Assembly: GCF_000150275.1 (NCBI RefSeq)
Contig: NW_002060943.1
Location: forward strand, 1,819,732-1,883,731
Direction: 5' to 3'
Length of the DNA stretch: 64,000 nt
Source: Trichoplax adhaerens
Lineage: Eukaryota; Animalia; Placozoa
Under the pieces are notes generated by a model. That model ran no database searches, was not told the origin of the DNA, and saw only the letters and a program-made list of their open reading frames with translations. This document shows positions 41,969 through 54,687 of this stretch, one piece after another (position 1 is the stretch's first letter; every line of letters starts with the position of its first letter). The translations under genes were made by a program, and so were the position numbers.

Positions 41969-42517
41969 TAGTTTCAGTAATGTTATTGTTTTGTTTTTAT
42001 TCTAATATGCAATTTTGAGTATACAATTTAGGAATCAGTGCACAATTTCTTTTCAATATTTACATTAAAACATCATCGATATACGTATAATACGTGTGCG
42101 GCAATTAGGTCTTTATGTAGATAGTTATAATGGATCAAAATAGGGCGCTACATAAACATAGACTAGAGGAAATCTAAATTGATACTGTCAACATTGTCAA
42201 AACATATCGAGGATGACCAGTAGATTACCATAATAATTGTCTCTATTATAGTAAAATGATGTGTACGTTATATAGAAATTTTCTATCTAGTATATATACA
42301 TAATTTAGGGTATATTTTAATATAGTCTTCATTTTTAAATTCGTCTTTTAACGATGTCCATTACATATCGAGGTAGTGTATAACTGAATACAGCAAAATT
42401 TTGCTTTTATATCTGTTAGAGTAATAAGTTTAATATTTAAGGTATTCTAAGTGTGGATAGTCAATGGTTAGTTTAAGGTGATTAGTTACATGCTGCAACG
42501 GAATATAAATGAAATAA

Positions 42518-45500
42518 TTATGCATTTGATAATAAATCCTTTAGGTCTTGTAAAAATATGCTTGCTTTTTCGGGTGTCATTGTATTAGCTAAGGATAGAA
42601 AATCGGCTTGATAGGCTTCTGAATTGGATAAATCATTACCAATACGGACTAATTCGCTTCCAATGGATCTTACGTCAATTTTTATCTCTTGATTTTGGTC
42701 CTTTCTTTCATTATTTATCATAGTTTTATCAACACTATCATATACTTCCGCTACGTCCAAACTTTTCGCTCTTGACTCTCTCAATTCCTTAGCTCGTAGT
42801 ATTATCGGTGATGGGATACCTGCCATATCCGCTATTTCAATCCCGAGCGAATTTTGACAGTGACCTGGTACTACTTTATGCAAAAGAGTTAACGAATTCT
42901 GATCAATGACACCCTTACTAGCTGTAAGCATTTGATATGACGATGAGCATGACAGGTTGTCATTGACCATTCGACTCAACTGATGATAATGAGTGGCTGT
43001 TAAACACCGACATTTAACAATGTCATGTAGATATTCGATAACAGCCCAGGCGATAGCCATACCATCATACATAGCAGTACCTCGACCTAGCCGAAGAATA
43101 TATTCAAATAAAATAGCAGATTAGATCATTTTCTTTTTTCCTCCTTGTATATTAACTCAAACATTTACTTAAAACAAATTCTTACCAATTTCGTCCAGAA
43201 TAACGAGAGACCTTTCGGTAGCATGAGAAGTAAAATAAGCAGTTTCAAGCATTTCTGTCATGAACGTTGATCTGCCTTCTATTATACTATCAGAGCTTCC
43301 TATGCGCGTAAATAGTCGATCTACAATACTGAGATGAGCTTTATCGGCCGGAACGTAAGATCCAATTTGAGCCAAAATTGATATAATAGCATTTTGACGT
43401 AAGTAAGTACTTTTACCAGCCATGTTAGGCCCAGTAAGTAACCAAATGCGATCAGAAGGGCGCAAATTGCAGTCATTTGGTATATAAGAACTCGAATCAT
43501 AGGTGGTCGATTCAATGACAGGGTGCCTTCCGGCTACAACTTGAAATAACTGATTTTCTTCATCGTCGAAAGTTGGTCTAATGAATTTACCATCTTTAGC
43601 AGCTATTGCTAAGCTGCAAGCTACATCTAATCTCGCTACAACCTGAGCAATTCTTTTCAACCAATCTATAGACAATGTTATTTTATTAAATAAATGGAGT
43701 AAAAATTCATTCTTACGTTGGTTAAGTTTAGCAGTGTTTCTTCGTAATTCAATGTTAATCAACTGCAATTTTTCATCAGTAAATAATATTCGAGAGGCTT
43801 TTGTCTTCACCATCATTACATTACTATCATTAAAAGTAGACTGCAGATTTTTACTCTCAGCTTTTGGTAAACTGTATGCATAACCAAGATCCTTGTATAT
43901 TTCTAATTTACCACTTGGCATCAAATTTATGAAATTATCTTTAAGTCTTACAACTTGTTGATGTAGTGCGTTAATTTCTGAACGAATTTGATCGCATTTA
44001 TCATCCACACCAATTGCAGGAAAATTGGTTTCATCATCGTCAGTAGTGACTATTCCTTGTAAATACTTTATTAAACTCTGGCGGTCGATACTTCTTGGTG
44101 GCAGTTGATTGATGAGTTCACGTAAACTGTGATCATTCGTTAAATTTTCATCTAATACCTGATGTAACATTTGGGTATTAGGTAGGACTTGACTCAATTT
44201 AATAACATGCCCTACATTTGCCATATTAGTAGAAAATGCTTGCACCAGTCGCTCCATATCTCCACACGTTTTTAAAATATCGCAAATAGATTTTGTAATT
44301 GTTAGATGATGGTAAAAGTAAGTCACTTCATCAAGCCTTTTATTAATTTTTGTAATATCTGTTAAAGGTGAGGACAAGTCTGCTTTGAGATATCTTCTAC
44401 CAGCAGAAGTAACGGTATTGTCAATGATATGAAGTAATGTACGCGCTCTACCGCTTGAAGCATCGTTATGGAGTGGCTGTAACAGTTCAAGTGATTTTCG
44501 ACTAGCCGGATCGATAGACATGTGATCATCGATTGAGTAGTGCTTAGGGGTAAGGGTTTTAATGATGTGTCTGCCTCTCGTATCAGTTAAATATTTCAGT
44601 AGCATCTTGATTGTGCTCTCTTCTATGCTAGAAATTTGTGTATTCTTCAATCCATTGTCACGCATCGTTGCCCATATATCGTCTTCTAAGGCATTATCTT
44701 TCAATGGTGTTAGCCTAAATCCAGGGAGCAACGACAACTGATCATATTTACCGGCAAAGGAGGGGATAGCTTGCATTGAATCGTTTTGGTTGAAATACTT
44801 GTTTAAAAGATTTTGCATGTCTTGATAACAAATTATCTAATGGAATCAATTAAGCACTGTTAAAACCTACTTTATGTATTTACTACTTGCATCCTCATTA
44901 CCAATATGCTATCGATTGCTCTACCAATATGATTTCTATGTATCAAACTTGCAAAATGCAGAAGTGTCATTGTGATGTTACAGACAGCGTAATCCACCTA
45001 GCACAAGTGATGACCAGGGTCTATTCCAGTATTACGCACTTAATTAATTTTTATTTTTTAAACCTCTTACCTCAACTGGATTAATTCTGGCCAATTCCTC
45101 TCCAAGATTTCCTACATTGACGGTTGTCAGTTGAAAATCACCTGTTGATATATCCACCCAGCTGATACCTAATTGATGACCCGGTCCTTGACAAACTGCC
45201 ATCAAGTAGGATGCATTTTCCTGCATAGGATTTATGAAGGTGCCAGGTGTGACCACTTGTGTTACCTGTCGATGAACTAATTTAGAGTTGCGGCCAGTGT
45301 CAATTTTAGAATCAGTTTGATTGCATACAGCAACACGGAAGCCATGACCAGTCAACTTCGCTAACCATGCATCAAGTGCGTAGATAGGAAATCCAGCTAG
45401 ATCAACATAAGTATTGTTACCCATTTTTTTATGGTGGCTTAAGAATAATTCAGTCTTTCCAGCTGCAGCATGTGCATCTTGATTATATAACTCGTAAAAT

Positions 45501-45715
45501 CCACCAACTTGAAATAGTAGCAAGCAATCGCTATACTGTGCTTTAATATGCAAATACTGTTGAAACATATACTCAGCAGTAAGCGCTAATGGCGAAGTTA
45601 TAAGGCATCGTTTGAGCGGATTTTCATGCCATTTCAGCTTGCTATGCCGCCGCGTATTGAATGGAATGATTCGCTTGATTCCTTGGAAATAGTTCAATGA
45701 TGTCCTCATCCACAT
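42518..45715 (-). CDS. MSH1: MutS-family mismatch repair protein, mitochondrial MSH1/MutS1-type, ~954 aa
   Basis: Exons 45715-45071, 44836-43186 and 43086-42518 join in frame. Arg-rich presequence-like N-terminus, mismatch-binding motif LLFQVGGFYELY, Walker A GPNMAGKSTYLRQ, STFMTEM, Walker B LVILDEIGRGT, ATHYHQL and GIEIADMAGIP. Confidence 0.9.
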
Positions 45716-46254
45716 CCTTGTCAAAGTCACGCGGTTTTAATGATTGGAGTTGGATGTTGCATGCAGGTTACATTAAGGCTTTTGCAGAGCTAGTTCAATC
45801 AATACATTGAATTTTAGTGTTGATTATTGCATGAATTCCAGGACAACACTACGGATTTGGAACTGCAGGGAGCAGCTGCTGGATGATTGTGCAGCATTTG
45901 AGCTTTTCGATATACAGTACTCTGCATAATGTCCATGGGAGAGATTACGTGCAGAATAATTGTCACCCTTTTCTTTCCATATCTCTCCTTGGTATTGGGT
46001 ACTATGACAGTCAGTTTCATTCTAACGTCGCTACTGTCGTGTATAGTACTGTACTTCAAAGAACCCTATTTAAGCGACATGATTCTGGTAAGTTGCAAAG
46101 GATCTCCTATCCTGGTTGTGAGAATATCGACTCAGTATCATTGAAATCATTTTTAAACAAGAAAACAAGGACATAGCAGCTGAAGCTTAGCTGAAATCAT
46201 GTTTTCATCGATCACTGTCGATATTTTAGCACAAAATTAGCGCTAATATTAATA

Positions 46255-46402
46255 TAAATTAATCCTATTAAATATATTTATTTATTATTTAGTATAGATT
46301 ACTCCTATTGAATATATTTATTATTTAAAATAAATTAATCCTATTGAATATATATTTAATATGTATTTAACATATAAATTAATCCTATTTTATACATATT
46401 TA
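46255..46402. repeat. AT-rich ~40-bp tandem repeat
   Basis: About 4 copies of aattaatcctatt(g)aatatattta. Confidence 0.8.
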
Positions 46403-46784
46403 TTATTCTACACTATAAAACAGTATCGGAAGGAAGGAGGTCATGGACAAACATCGACGTTAGATAATTGATGACCCAAATAATGTTTCCATCTTAGGAA
46501 AGGATAACTGCCCTTTATACCATCGTATACAGTGGAAATTGCTGCCTCCAATGATCTATTCAACTTGAAACCTGCATGACAATAATTAAAATGGCGATTT
46601 ATAATCATAACAAAATGAATAAAATGGAAGAATTGTTTGCATACTGAAGCACTGTTGTATCTCGAACATCGTTTTTTGTCAGTCCAATTATACTGCATTC
46701 TATATTACAATGTCGAATGTTCCAAACACTTGTTCTGGACATGGTTTTTTATTAACTGGTATTATATCTATATCTGGTACAGAA

Positions 46785-47115
46785 TGTCTGGACATATTTT
46801 ATTTGGCTTTGTATGATAAATGTATCCTGATTCTTGGACGCCCGGAAAGTCTGAACACATTTTATGCGGCTATGTATGAAAAATGTGTCCAGATTTTTGG
46901 ACACTCTTACGCCCGGAAAGTCAGGACACATTTTATTCGGCTATACAGTATATGAAAAATGTGTCCAGATTTTTGGACACTCTTACGCCCGGAAAGTCGG
47001 GACACATTTTATTTGGCTTTGTATGAAAAGTGTGTCTAGATTTTTGGACGCCCGGAAAGTCTGGACACATTTTATGCGGCTATGTATGAAAAATGTGTCC
47101 AGATTTTTGGACATT
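46785..47115. repeat. Palindromic minisatellite (~63-76 bp unit, ~5 copies)
   Basis: Unit tatgaaaaatgtgtccagatttttggac(actctt)acgcccggaaagtc.ggacacattttat; aaaatgtgtcc and ggacacatttt are exact reverse complements. Confidence 0.92.
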
Positions 47116-47177
47116 CTTTTTCCTCATACTAAAGCTGTTAATCTAGTTTTTGCTGATATCATTCTGTCAATTCTAGA

Positions 47178-47395
47178 GCGTACTGTACAGTACAGTACTG
47201 TACGCAAGATCAAATACCGTACAGTATCTAGACTCTGTTTGCTGGCTGGTACTGTACTGTACACTGTGTGCAGTACTGCACAGTCATTGGACAATGGCAG
47301 CGTGAACTTCTTTCGCAAGTACAGTACTGTACCGTACCGTACTGTACCACACCGTACCGTACTGGACCGTATCGTACCGTACTGGACCGCACCGA
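47178..47395. promoter_or_regulatory. GTAC/(GTACC)n cluster in the divergent MSH1 / BAX upstream interval
   Basis: cgtactgtacagtacagtactgtacg and gtactgtaccgtaccgtactgtaccacaccgtaccgtactgg. The regulatory role is inferred. Confidence 0.45.
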
Positions 47396-49315
47396 CAGGC
47401 GACAGGTCTGAAAGTTGACTCACAACGCGTATCAGAGTAGTCTTGAAATAAAAATAGAACCCAACCCGCCAAACGCCTTTACGCTAGTCATCGTCGTCCA
47501 TCTTTTCTACATCAACTCCATTCTCCATCCATCTTGCTCAATTCTCCATCATTGTCAGGAAAATTATCCCTTGGAATACAAGCCATTCTACAGCAACATC
47601 CATCTATTCAACTTAGGATCATATTTGGGTGTCGGACTTTGAAGCTATTTTTCTCTTTGCTGTTGTAGCCAAGACTGCAACGTATTCAAAAAGTTGACAC
47701 AAGTTCAGACTTGTACTGCATTCGTAGAAGCAAAAAAAATACTTTTCATCAACCTCAACGGAAAGGTATGTACAGGAGATTGCTTGGATGGATGTAGGTC
47801 CGATTGAAATATCGGACAATCGATTTTAATTTTTCAACGGAAAAGTCAGAAATTCATTGTACTGTAGTAGCAGTTGCACCATAGCGTAGTAATCGATAGT
47901 GATCATGTTTATTTTGTTGCAGCCTAAAAATAGCGATCAGTTTATCTTGACAGAGAAAAAAGGTTTTGTTAGCTGATTCAAAGTGAGAAAATACTTTATT
48001 TTTAGTGATATGAAAGGGTCCAATTCAAACCGTTACCTCTATTCTTTTTAGCAAGCAAGGATTTACCAATACTGCAGCTAGCGTTAGCATCAGTATTTCC
48101 TTCAAAATTTGCATCATAATTGATGTCTAGTACTGTACAGCGTGAGCCTTTCGGATCGACATGTTTTCACTCTTTCCTGTTACACATTTACACGTACATA
48201 GTAAATACGCGTATCGATCACTGTACACTAGAAACGCATGGAAATTTCAAAGTGTCGTCTTGTATCGTTCTGCTAACATAATTAACCTGATTGATGAAAA
48301 CACAGTCATGATACTGTAAGTAGCTAGATGAAACCCTTTCTAATAAGAGAGCACTATCATACGATACCGATCGATTTTCATCTTAGCTCATCAACACTGT
48401 ATCAAGCTGTAATGAGCTGCGCATCACCTTATTAGTGTTGGAATGCATTCTATCTTTGTAAATAGATATAGAAGTAGTTTGGTTAATATAGTACTCATGT
48501 TGTCATCAATTAATAAGCCTTTAACCATATTCAATTCAATCATGTTAAACCACAAATTGTGACTACGTAGCCACTGTTTGCCAGCCTATTTATAGTCTAT
48601 ATATTAAGTGGCATAAAGCGGCGATGATGTAGTGTCTTTCTTTAACACCATTACGTCATCCATACAAAAACTTTTCTCAGGAGGTAAGTAAACTTTGTAA
48701 CTTTATATAGCCATCTCCATCGATCCTATCGTTCTAAAATTCGACACTGCCAGTCAGAATACCTAAACCCAACACTTTAAGAAAGGACTAAGTGGGACGA
48801 AATTGATTCATTGATCAACACTAATGCCATATTAACTCTGCTCTAGTAAAATGGGTAATTTCTACTTCTGATCATTTTGCCGCATTATTTAAATCCCCTA
48901 TTTTGTTTCCTTAATTGTAAAAAAAATGAAGGCTACACCAGGTTATCAATGTTTAGTAATTGTTCATCAACAGTACTACAAGTTGCGCCATTACGTACAA
49001 AAATTGTACGCCCTAAGTAATTGAATGTCAGAAACTAGAAAAAAAATGTCACCAATACAACAATCGATCACTCGGTATGATTCATCGTAGGCTAAAAAAA
49101 AAAATAAATGACTGTAGATTTTGCTTGGCGCCGGCAATATACGCCGAATCACTAATGTACGCGTACATACAACCTTCAAGTACAGTACTCGACATTTTTT
49201 TTTCAAATAGTAAATTGATACGTTTTCAAATAAATTTAAATGTATGGCCGATTTCACGTATGTACTGATTACTCGTTCAATATCCACAATTTTTTCTTCT
49301 TCATGCTTAATAGCT

Positions 49316-50431
49316 ATGGCTCATGTAAAATCTGTTACATCAACACCTACTACAACAACTACCACCACTACTCAGTCATGTCCAAGACGAGAAGAAAATC
49401 TTAAGGAAATCGCCGCAGAATCCAAAAAATTATTTCTCGATTTCATTGCTGATAGATCAGCTAAAGATGGTCAGGATCAAGGATGCATATCGCAATTAAC
49501 AAGGGAACATAATGAACTTCAAATTGAACCGACGTCACCAACAATACAAGTAGCTAGGACTATTCGACAGATTGGAGACGAATTAGACTCTGATCCGCAT
49601 CTAAATGGTTTACTTCATAAACTACATGTTACATCATCAACAGCTTATAGTACATTTAGACGCGTAGCAATGAGAATATTTCAAGATGGGCAGTTCAACT
49701 GGGGACGAATTATTACCCTCTTCTTCTTTGGATATCGCTTAACTATACGTGTATTATCGGAATCCCCTATTGTTGAGATGATTATTAGTTGGATAGCGCG
49801 TTTTATCTACGAAATATGTTCATTTTGGATTGCGGAATCTGGCGGTTGGGTACGTAAATAGAATAACTTTTTATTGTGTAATGATCCATTCCCTTCAATC
49901 CCTTTAAAATAAAACCATCGCGTCTTTCATTACAACAGTCCTGACGGACTGTTGGTGTGCGTCAACATATCAATGTTAAAATATCATTACAGCACATTTA
50001 TGTACAGTAGCTATGAACACTTAATGGATTCAATTTCTCGTTTTACTTTAACTTGGATAGTATTGTTCTTGCCGTGATGCGGTATAATATTCTTTCATGA
50101 AGGCTAGCAATGGATTATGACTTACAATGATGCTCATTGCGATTGTATCAGTTTTTAAAAATTGCTGTGATGTATCACCTTTTAAGACAAATTATTAAAT
50201 TTAGTACGTTTTTTTGCCATTAAATCGAATTCTTCCGTTCCTCTGGATTGACGGTAATAACTTTCAACGCTTAATTGCTATACTCATTTCGATTTTTATC
50301 GTTACGAATAGGACGCTATAACCCAATATATTCAACAAGCCGATTGGAAGAACAAGTATACACTCGGATTAATTGCTGTTGGTGTATTAGTGACGGCTTT
50401 TGTCACATGGCAACGATATAACAGTAGCTAA
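49316..50431 (+). CDS. BAX: Pro-apoptotic Bcl-2 family protein, Bax-like, ~217 aa
   Basis: Exons 49316-49849 and 50312-50431. BH3 VARTIRQIGDELD, BH1 FQDGQFNWGRIITLFFFGYRL, BH2 WIAESGGW|D, C-terminal TM TLGLIAVGVLVTAFVTW. An acceptor (taatag) just before the ATG implies upstream non-coding exon(s). The Bax versus Bak assignment needs phylogeny. Confidence 0.9.
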
Positions 50432-51025
50432 ATCACTTTAAATGGTATTAGCAAATCCTTGTATTTATTGATAGCGAAAACTAAAATCTTGTCTAAGATT
50501 AGACTATTTGCTACTGTATTGTGGAAAATTTTATTGTGTAATTGATGAAATAATTCACACTATCAAATTGCGAGGAAATATATTGTACTGCGATTTTGTA
50601 AATTCTTCATGAAATTTGTATAAACGCTCTGTTAGATTTGTTTTACAATTTATATTGTATAATTTATTTCAAATGAAAAGGTAAGATTAAAACTCTGAAG
50701 AAATTTAAAGTTATAGTTATATATTACAAAGGAATCATCAATCGATCAAAGTGAATATACTTCTTATAGTCTGCTTTTAATAGCGAACTCTACCATCCAG
50801 TCAGAGATTTGAATAAACTTAAAGGATATTAAAATCACCGTTGTTGCACATGATTATCTCTACTATTCAGGATACTCGTATATGCATACTATACAGGTTT
50901 ACCACATGATGCCTATGACCACTATTACAATGCGCAATACAGTAAGGGCAGCTACATCGAATTAGATTTTAATGATGTGATTTTAAGTAATACTGTAAAA
51001 ACTATCCTAAATCCAACCAAGATCG

Positions 51026-54000
51026 TCAGTAGACATGTACCATTCCATAAATGAATCTGATAAAAAGTTTAGAAATTTTATACCCTAGAAAAGAATTAAT
51101 ACTAGAAAAAATTGTAAAAAATTTCTCTAAGCTGGATAATTTTACGTAATGAGCTAGTGAATTAACTAGGACAATGTCTCCTCTTATCTAACACGATGCT
51201 ACCAAGACTGAATCTAATTGAACGTTAAATCTATGAAAACGCTAGATCGCCTAATTTATCCAAATTATCACAGTAAAAATTTTATTTATCTAACTACATC
51301 TAAAGTAAGTCTATTTAGGTATCATTAGGTTTTAAGATAGAAAGGATACGTCCAAAATAAGACATAGGTCTAACCATTTTGATCAATGTGTTAAGGAAAA
51401 CAGGATTTGTCATGGTGTGAATCGATATACGCCGAAGGGCTCGATATTAAAAGCAGTTCAGAGTGATAGATTAAAAGTAAATTCAATTATATTAGCTCTT
51501 TTACATTCATACTTCAACTAAGCTAAACAAATGAGTTACCGAATTGCAAATAGTAATTATTAGAAAGTCGCTATCACTGTAAAAGAAAATATTATGTTTC
51601 AAATTACAAAATTATACAAAGATGGTAGTAGTAACAATGAATGGCTATCATCAAACAAATAAGGAATGACACAGCAATCGTAGCTACTGATAAAATTGAA
51701 TTAAGCAAGTTTATCAATATGATAATGGATACAAATAATCCGCTAAAGATGCCATTAGTCCAAACTTCCGAGGATGATTGAAAGTACTTATTCCAGTCTT
51801 TTCCGGCTTTAAAATAAATTAATACCTAGAAGAAATCGTGCAAGATACTGGTATAACTATTTGCTATCTTTACTAATCCACCTGCTTGTAAGTAAAAAGT
51901 ACAACAAATCAAGCGTTCAACATGTGTATACATTAGTGTGTAAAGACCTTGCTATATTCTAATTGAACTTTGTGAACACGCACAAAACTATTTAATAAAT
52001 AACTCAACAACAATCCGTTCCGTAGCTATTCTACATTGTAATGGTATTATCGTCGAAAATAGAGCAAAAATCAATTTTTAGTCATCATATGTACAATGCT
52101 TAAATTAATTCTCAATGGAACTAAAACAGAGTCTCAGTAAAAGTATTTAATCTTATCCGAAAGAATCAAGCTTTAGGGCAAGAGCATGGGTATTGACTGT
52201 TATTTGTACTCATAGTATCTATATTGTAATTTAGCGTGAAGATGCAGATATTATTCAATTAATTCTACTTATTATTAATTGACAAGATAGGGAATACTAA
52301 TGAAAGACAGGAAATACTGTAGATGAAACTAGACGTGTAAACAGAAATATATCCAATAGACCATGTGTTTCTGTCAGATCTGCTGTGAATACTTATTCGT
52401 TTACTTAGCAGAGTGCAGTATAGCAATAGATTTAATCATCACTTTCGAAAATTGCAATTGAAATCTCTAACATTTTAAACAGACGTTATAGCAATTTATG
52501 TACAGAACAGGCATTACAAGTAACCAAATTAGGTAGTTACGTAAAGCACCGTTTCACTATGTTGGACCTACTGAAAGAAATAAGGAAGCAACCATGTAGA
52601 ATAAGAAACCGCGAAATCCTGTCAGGCCTAAGATTCCAGCTGCAGTTCCACCTATACAGCTAACGGAAGTCCGACTGAAAGATAGAAAGAAATGAAACGA
52701 TTAATTCCAGTAGCATTTTTGAATCAGCGTGAAAGTATCATAACTGCACGTTCAAATCGCTTCCTTCAATACTCTTAAGACTTCCTGCAGTCCATATCAA
52801 GATAATTAATTTCTTTATAGTGTACAGTAATAACAGCGACTACTAAAGAGAAAAGAGATAATAGCCGTACATTGATCCACTATGCCTAGGTACAATAATG
52901 TAGTACAAGATATCTGAATTTTTGATGGATTGGATGTCGATTTGACGTCGGAAATGTATTACGATCCTATAGAAGATCGTCCTTCACTAGCAGTCATGAA
53001 CGGCAATGACTGTTGTTTACCATAGGTAGAAATGATTTCATTATATGTTAATTATTAATTCCTAATTGGATACAGTCTACATCTGGAGCACATTCCCTGC
53101 TCAAGCAATCTACTATCCTTCTATTAAGGAAGTACAGTGCAACATAAGCATGAACTTGAATTATACCTCATGTTATCTTGACCATAAACACCAAAATAAT
53201 AAATAATCATAATCGATTCCGTAAGGTACTGTATAATGTACGCGTCTATACAATCTCGTGTTTTAATCTACATGTACCGTCATTGCAAGATATTGGATGG
53301 AGATTGCCTACTGCATTTTAATTACTTCTTGACGATAGATCATGCAACATAAGATACTGCACAATTAAAAAGGAAAGGCTCCAAGGCTGATAGGATAAGC
53401 AATCAAGATTGAAGCTAATTTTGAATTCATTATAATTATAATGATTGGTAACAGCCATAGCCCATCCAATACAAGATTTCATTTACAATTATGAACTGCT
53501 GAACAACGAACGACATGTGGCGTGTTGAATCTGGGTTCGCATAGACACCAATTGCATTTATGGAAATTTGAGTAAAAGATATCATGGTAAGGGCAAAATG
53601 CAGTAATTCAGTCAATCATCTAGTAAAAGTATCCATTATACTGGCGATGACTATGCTATCATTGGAGAAGAACTAGTCGATTTGCTTATCCATGCAGCAT
53701 CGAGTAACAATGAATACCACCAGATCGGTTCACATAGACACCAATCGTATTTATGGAAATTTGAGTAAAAGATATCATGGTAAGGGCAAAATGCAGTAAT
53801 GCAGTCCATCATGTAGTAAAAGTGTCCATTATACTGGCGATGACTATGCTATCATTGGAGAAGAACTATTCGATTTGCTTTTCCATGCAGCATGGAGTAA
53901 CAATGAATATTATCCGATAGGTTCGCATGGACACCTATTGCACTTATGGAAATTTGAGTAAAAGATATCATAGTAAGGGCAAAATACAGTAATTTAATCA

Positions 54001-54687
54001 ATCATCTAGCAAAAGTATCCATTATACTGGCGATGACTATGCTATGATTGGAGAAGAACTAGTCGATTTGCTTATCCATGCAGCATCGAGTAACAATGAA
54101 TACCTCCAGATAGGTTCGCATAGACACCAATTGCATTGATGGAAATTTGAGTAAAAGATATCATGGTAAGGGCAAAATGCAGTAATGCAGTCCATCATGT
54201 AGTAAAAGTGTCCATTATACTGGCGATGACTATGCTATCATTGGAGAAGAACTAGTCGATTTGCTTACCCATGCAGCATCGAGTAATAATAAATACCACC
54301 AGAGAGGTTGGTATCACAAGTTGACTTACTGCAATGCAATTATCCGTGTATTGCTGTATGTCGTATTTCATTGGTTAAGCGTGATTTAATGGCTAAAAGG
54401 ATCATTCATCCATTATCATAGACTCACTTTGGAACTATAAATTGATCATCATATTATTATTTACAGCCTACTCATTTCAAAACTCACCAGTAATCGATGA
54501 TTCCATTATTGGTAAAAATGGCAATCGGGTTTAAAGGCTCTTTTTCTGCAATATTCAACATCAATCATCATCATAAGTCAACGACAAAGTATGCCATATC
54601 CATGGACAATTACCACTAAGTTGAGTATTTTCCCTACACTACAGCAATCACGCCTAGCTAAGCGCTATCATCAGTCTTACCTTTCAT
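51026..54687 (-). CDS. EMC6: ER membrane protein complex subunit 6, ~103 aa, 6 coding exons
   Basis: Exons 54687-54681, 54545-54488, 52674-52572, 51825-51733, 51369-51350 and 51056-51026 give MKEKEPLNPIAIFTNNGIIDYCRTSVSCIGGTAAGILGLTGFRGFLFYMVASLFLSVLIYFKAGKDWNKYFQSSSEVWTNGIFSGLFTYVLFWTFIYGMVHVY*. This matches EMC6 signatures (YCRTSVS...AGILGLTG, KAG..WNKYF, GLFTYVLFWTF.YGMVHVY). An in-frame upstream ATG exists at 54873. Confidence 0.95.
51057..51349 (-). other. U12-type (minor spliceosome) GT-AG intron in EMC6
   Basis: 5' splice site GTATCCTTTC (U12 consensus); branch-like TTTCTAAAC about 10 nt upstream of the AG. Confidence 0.85.
51370..51732 (-). other. U12-type (minor spliceosome) GT-AG intron in EMC6
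   Basis: 5' splice site GTATCCATT; consensus U12 branch point TTTTCCTTAAC (51400-51390) about 20 nt upstream of the AG, with no polypyrimidine tract. Confidence 0.8.
53534..54309. repeat. 193-bp tandem repeat x4 (A-B-A-B higher-order structure) in EMC6 intron 2
   Basis: Units start at 53534, 53727, 53920 and 54113 (ggttc.cat.gacacc.at...tatggaaatttgagtaaaagatatcat...). Copies 2 and 4 share tgcagtccatcatgtag/gtgtcc; copies 1 and 3 share tcaatcatctag/gtatcc. Confidence 0.95.

Noticed and set aside
42518-45715. Bacterial contaminant or octocoral-type mtMutS
   Set aside because: It has GT-AG introns, host-like composition and flanking animal genes, and no HNH domain.
46710-47642. ORFs of 60-184 aa upstream of MSH1
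   Set aside because: Translations of the minisatellite and GTAC low-complexity DNA with no protein-like features.
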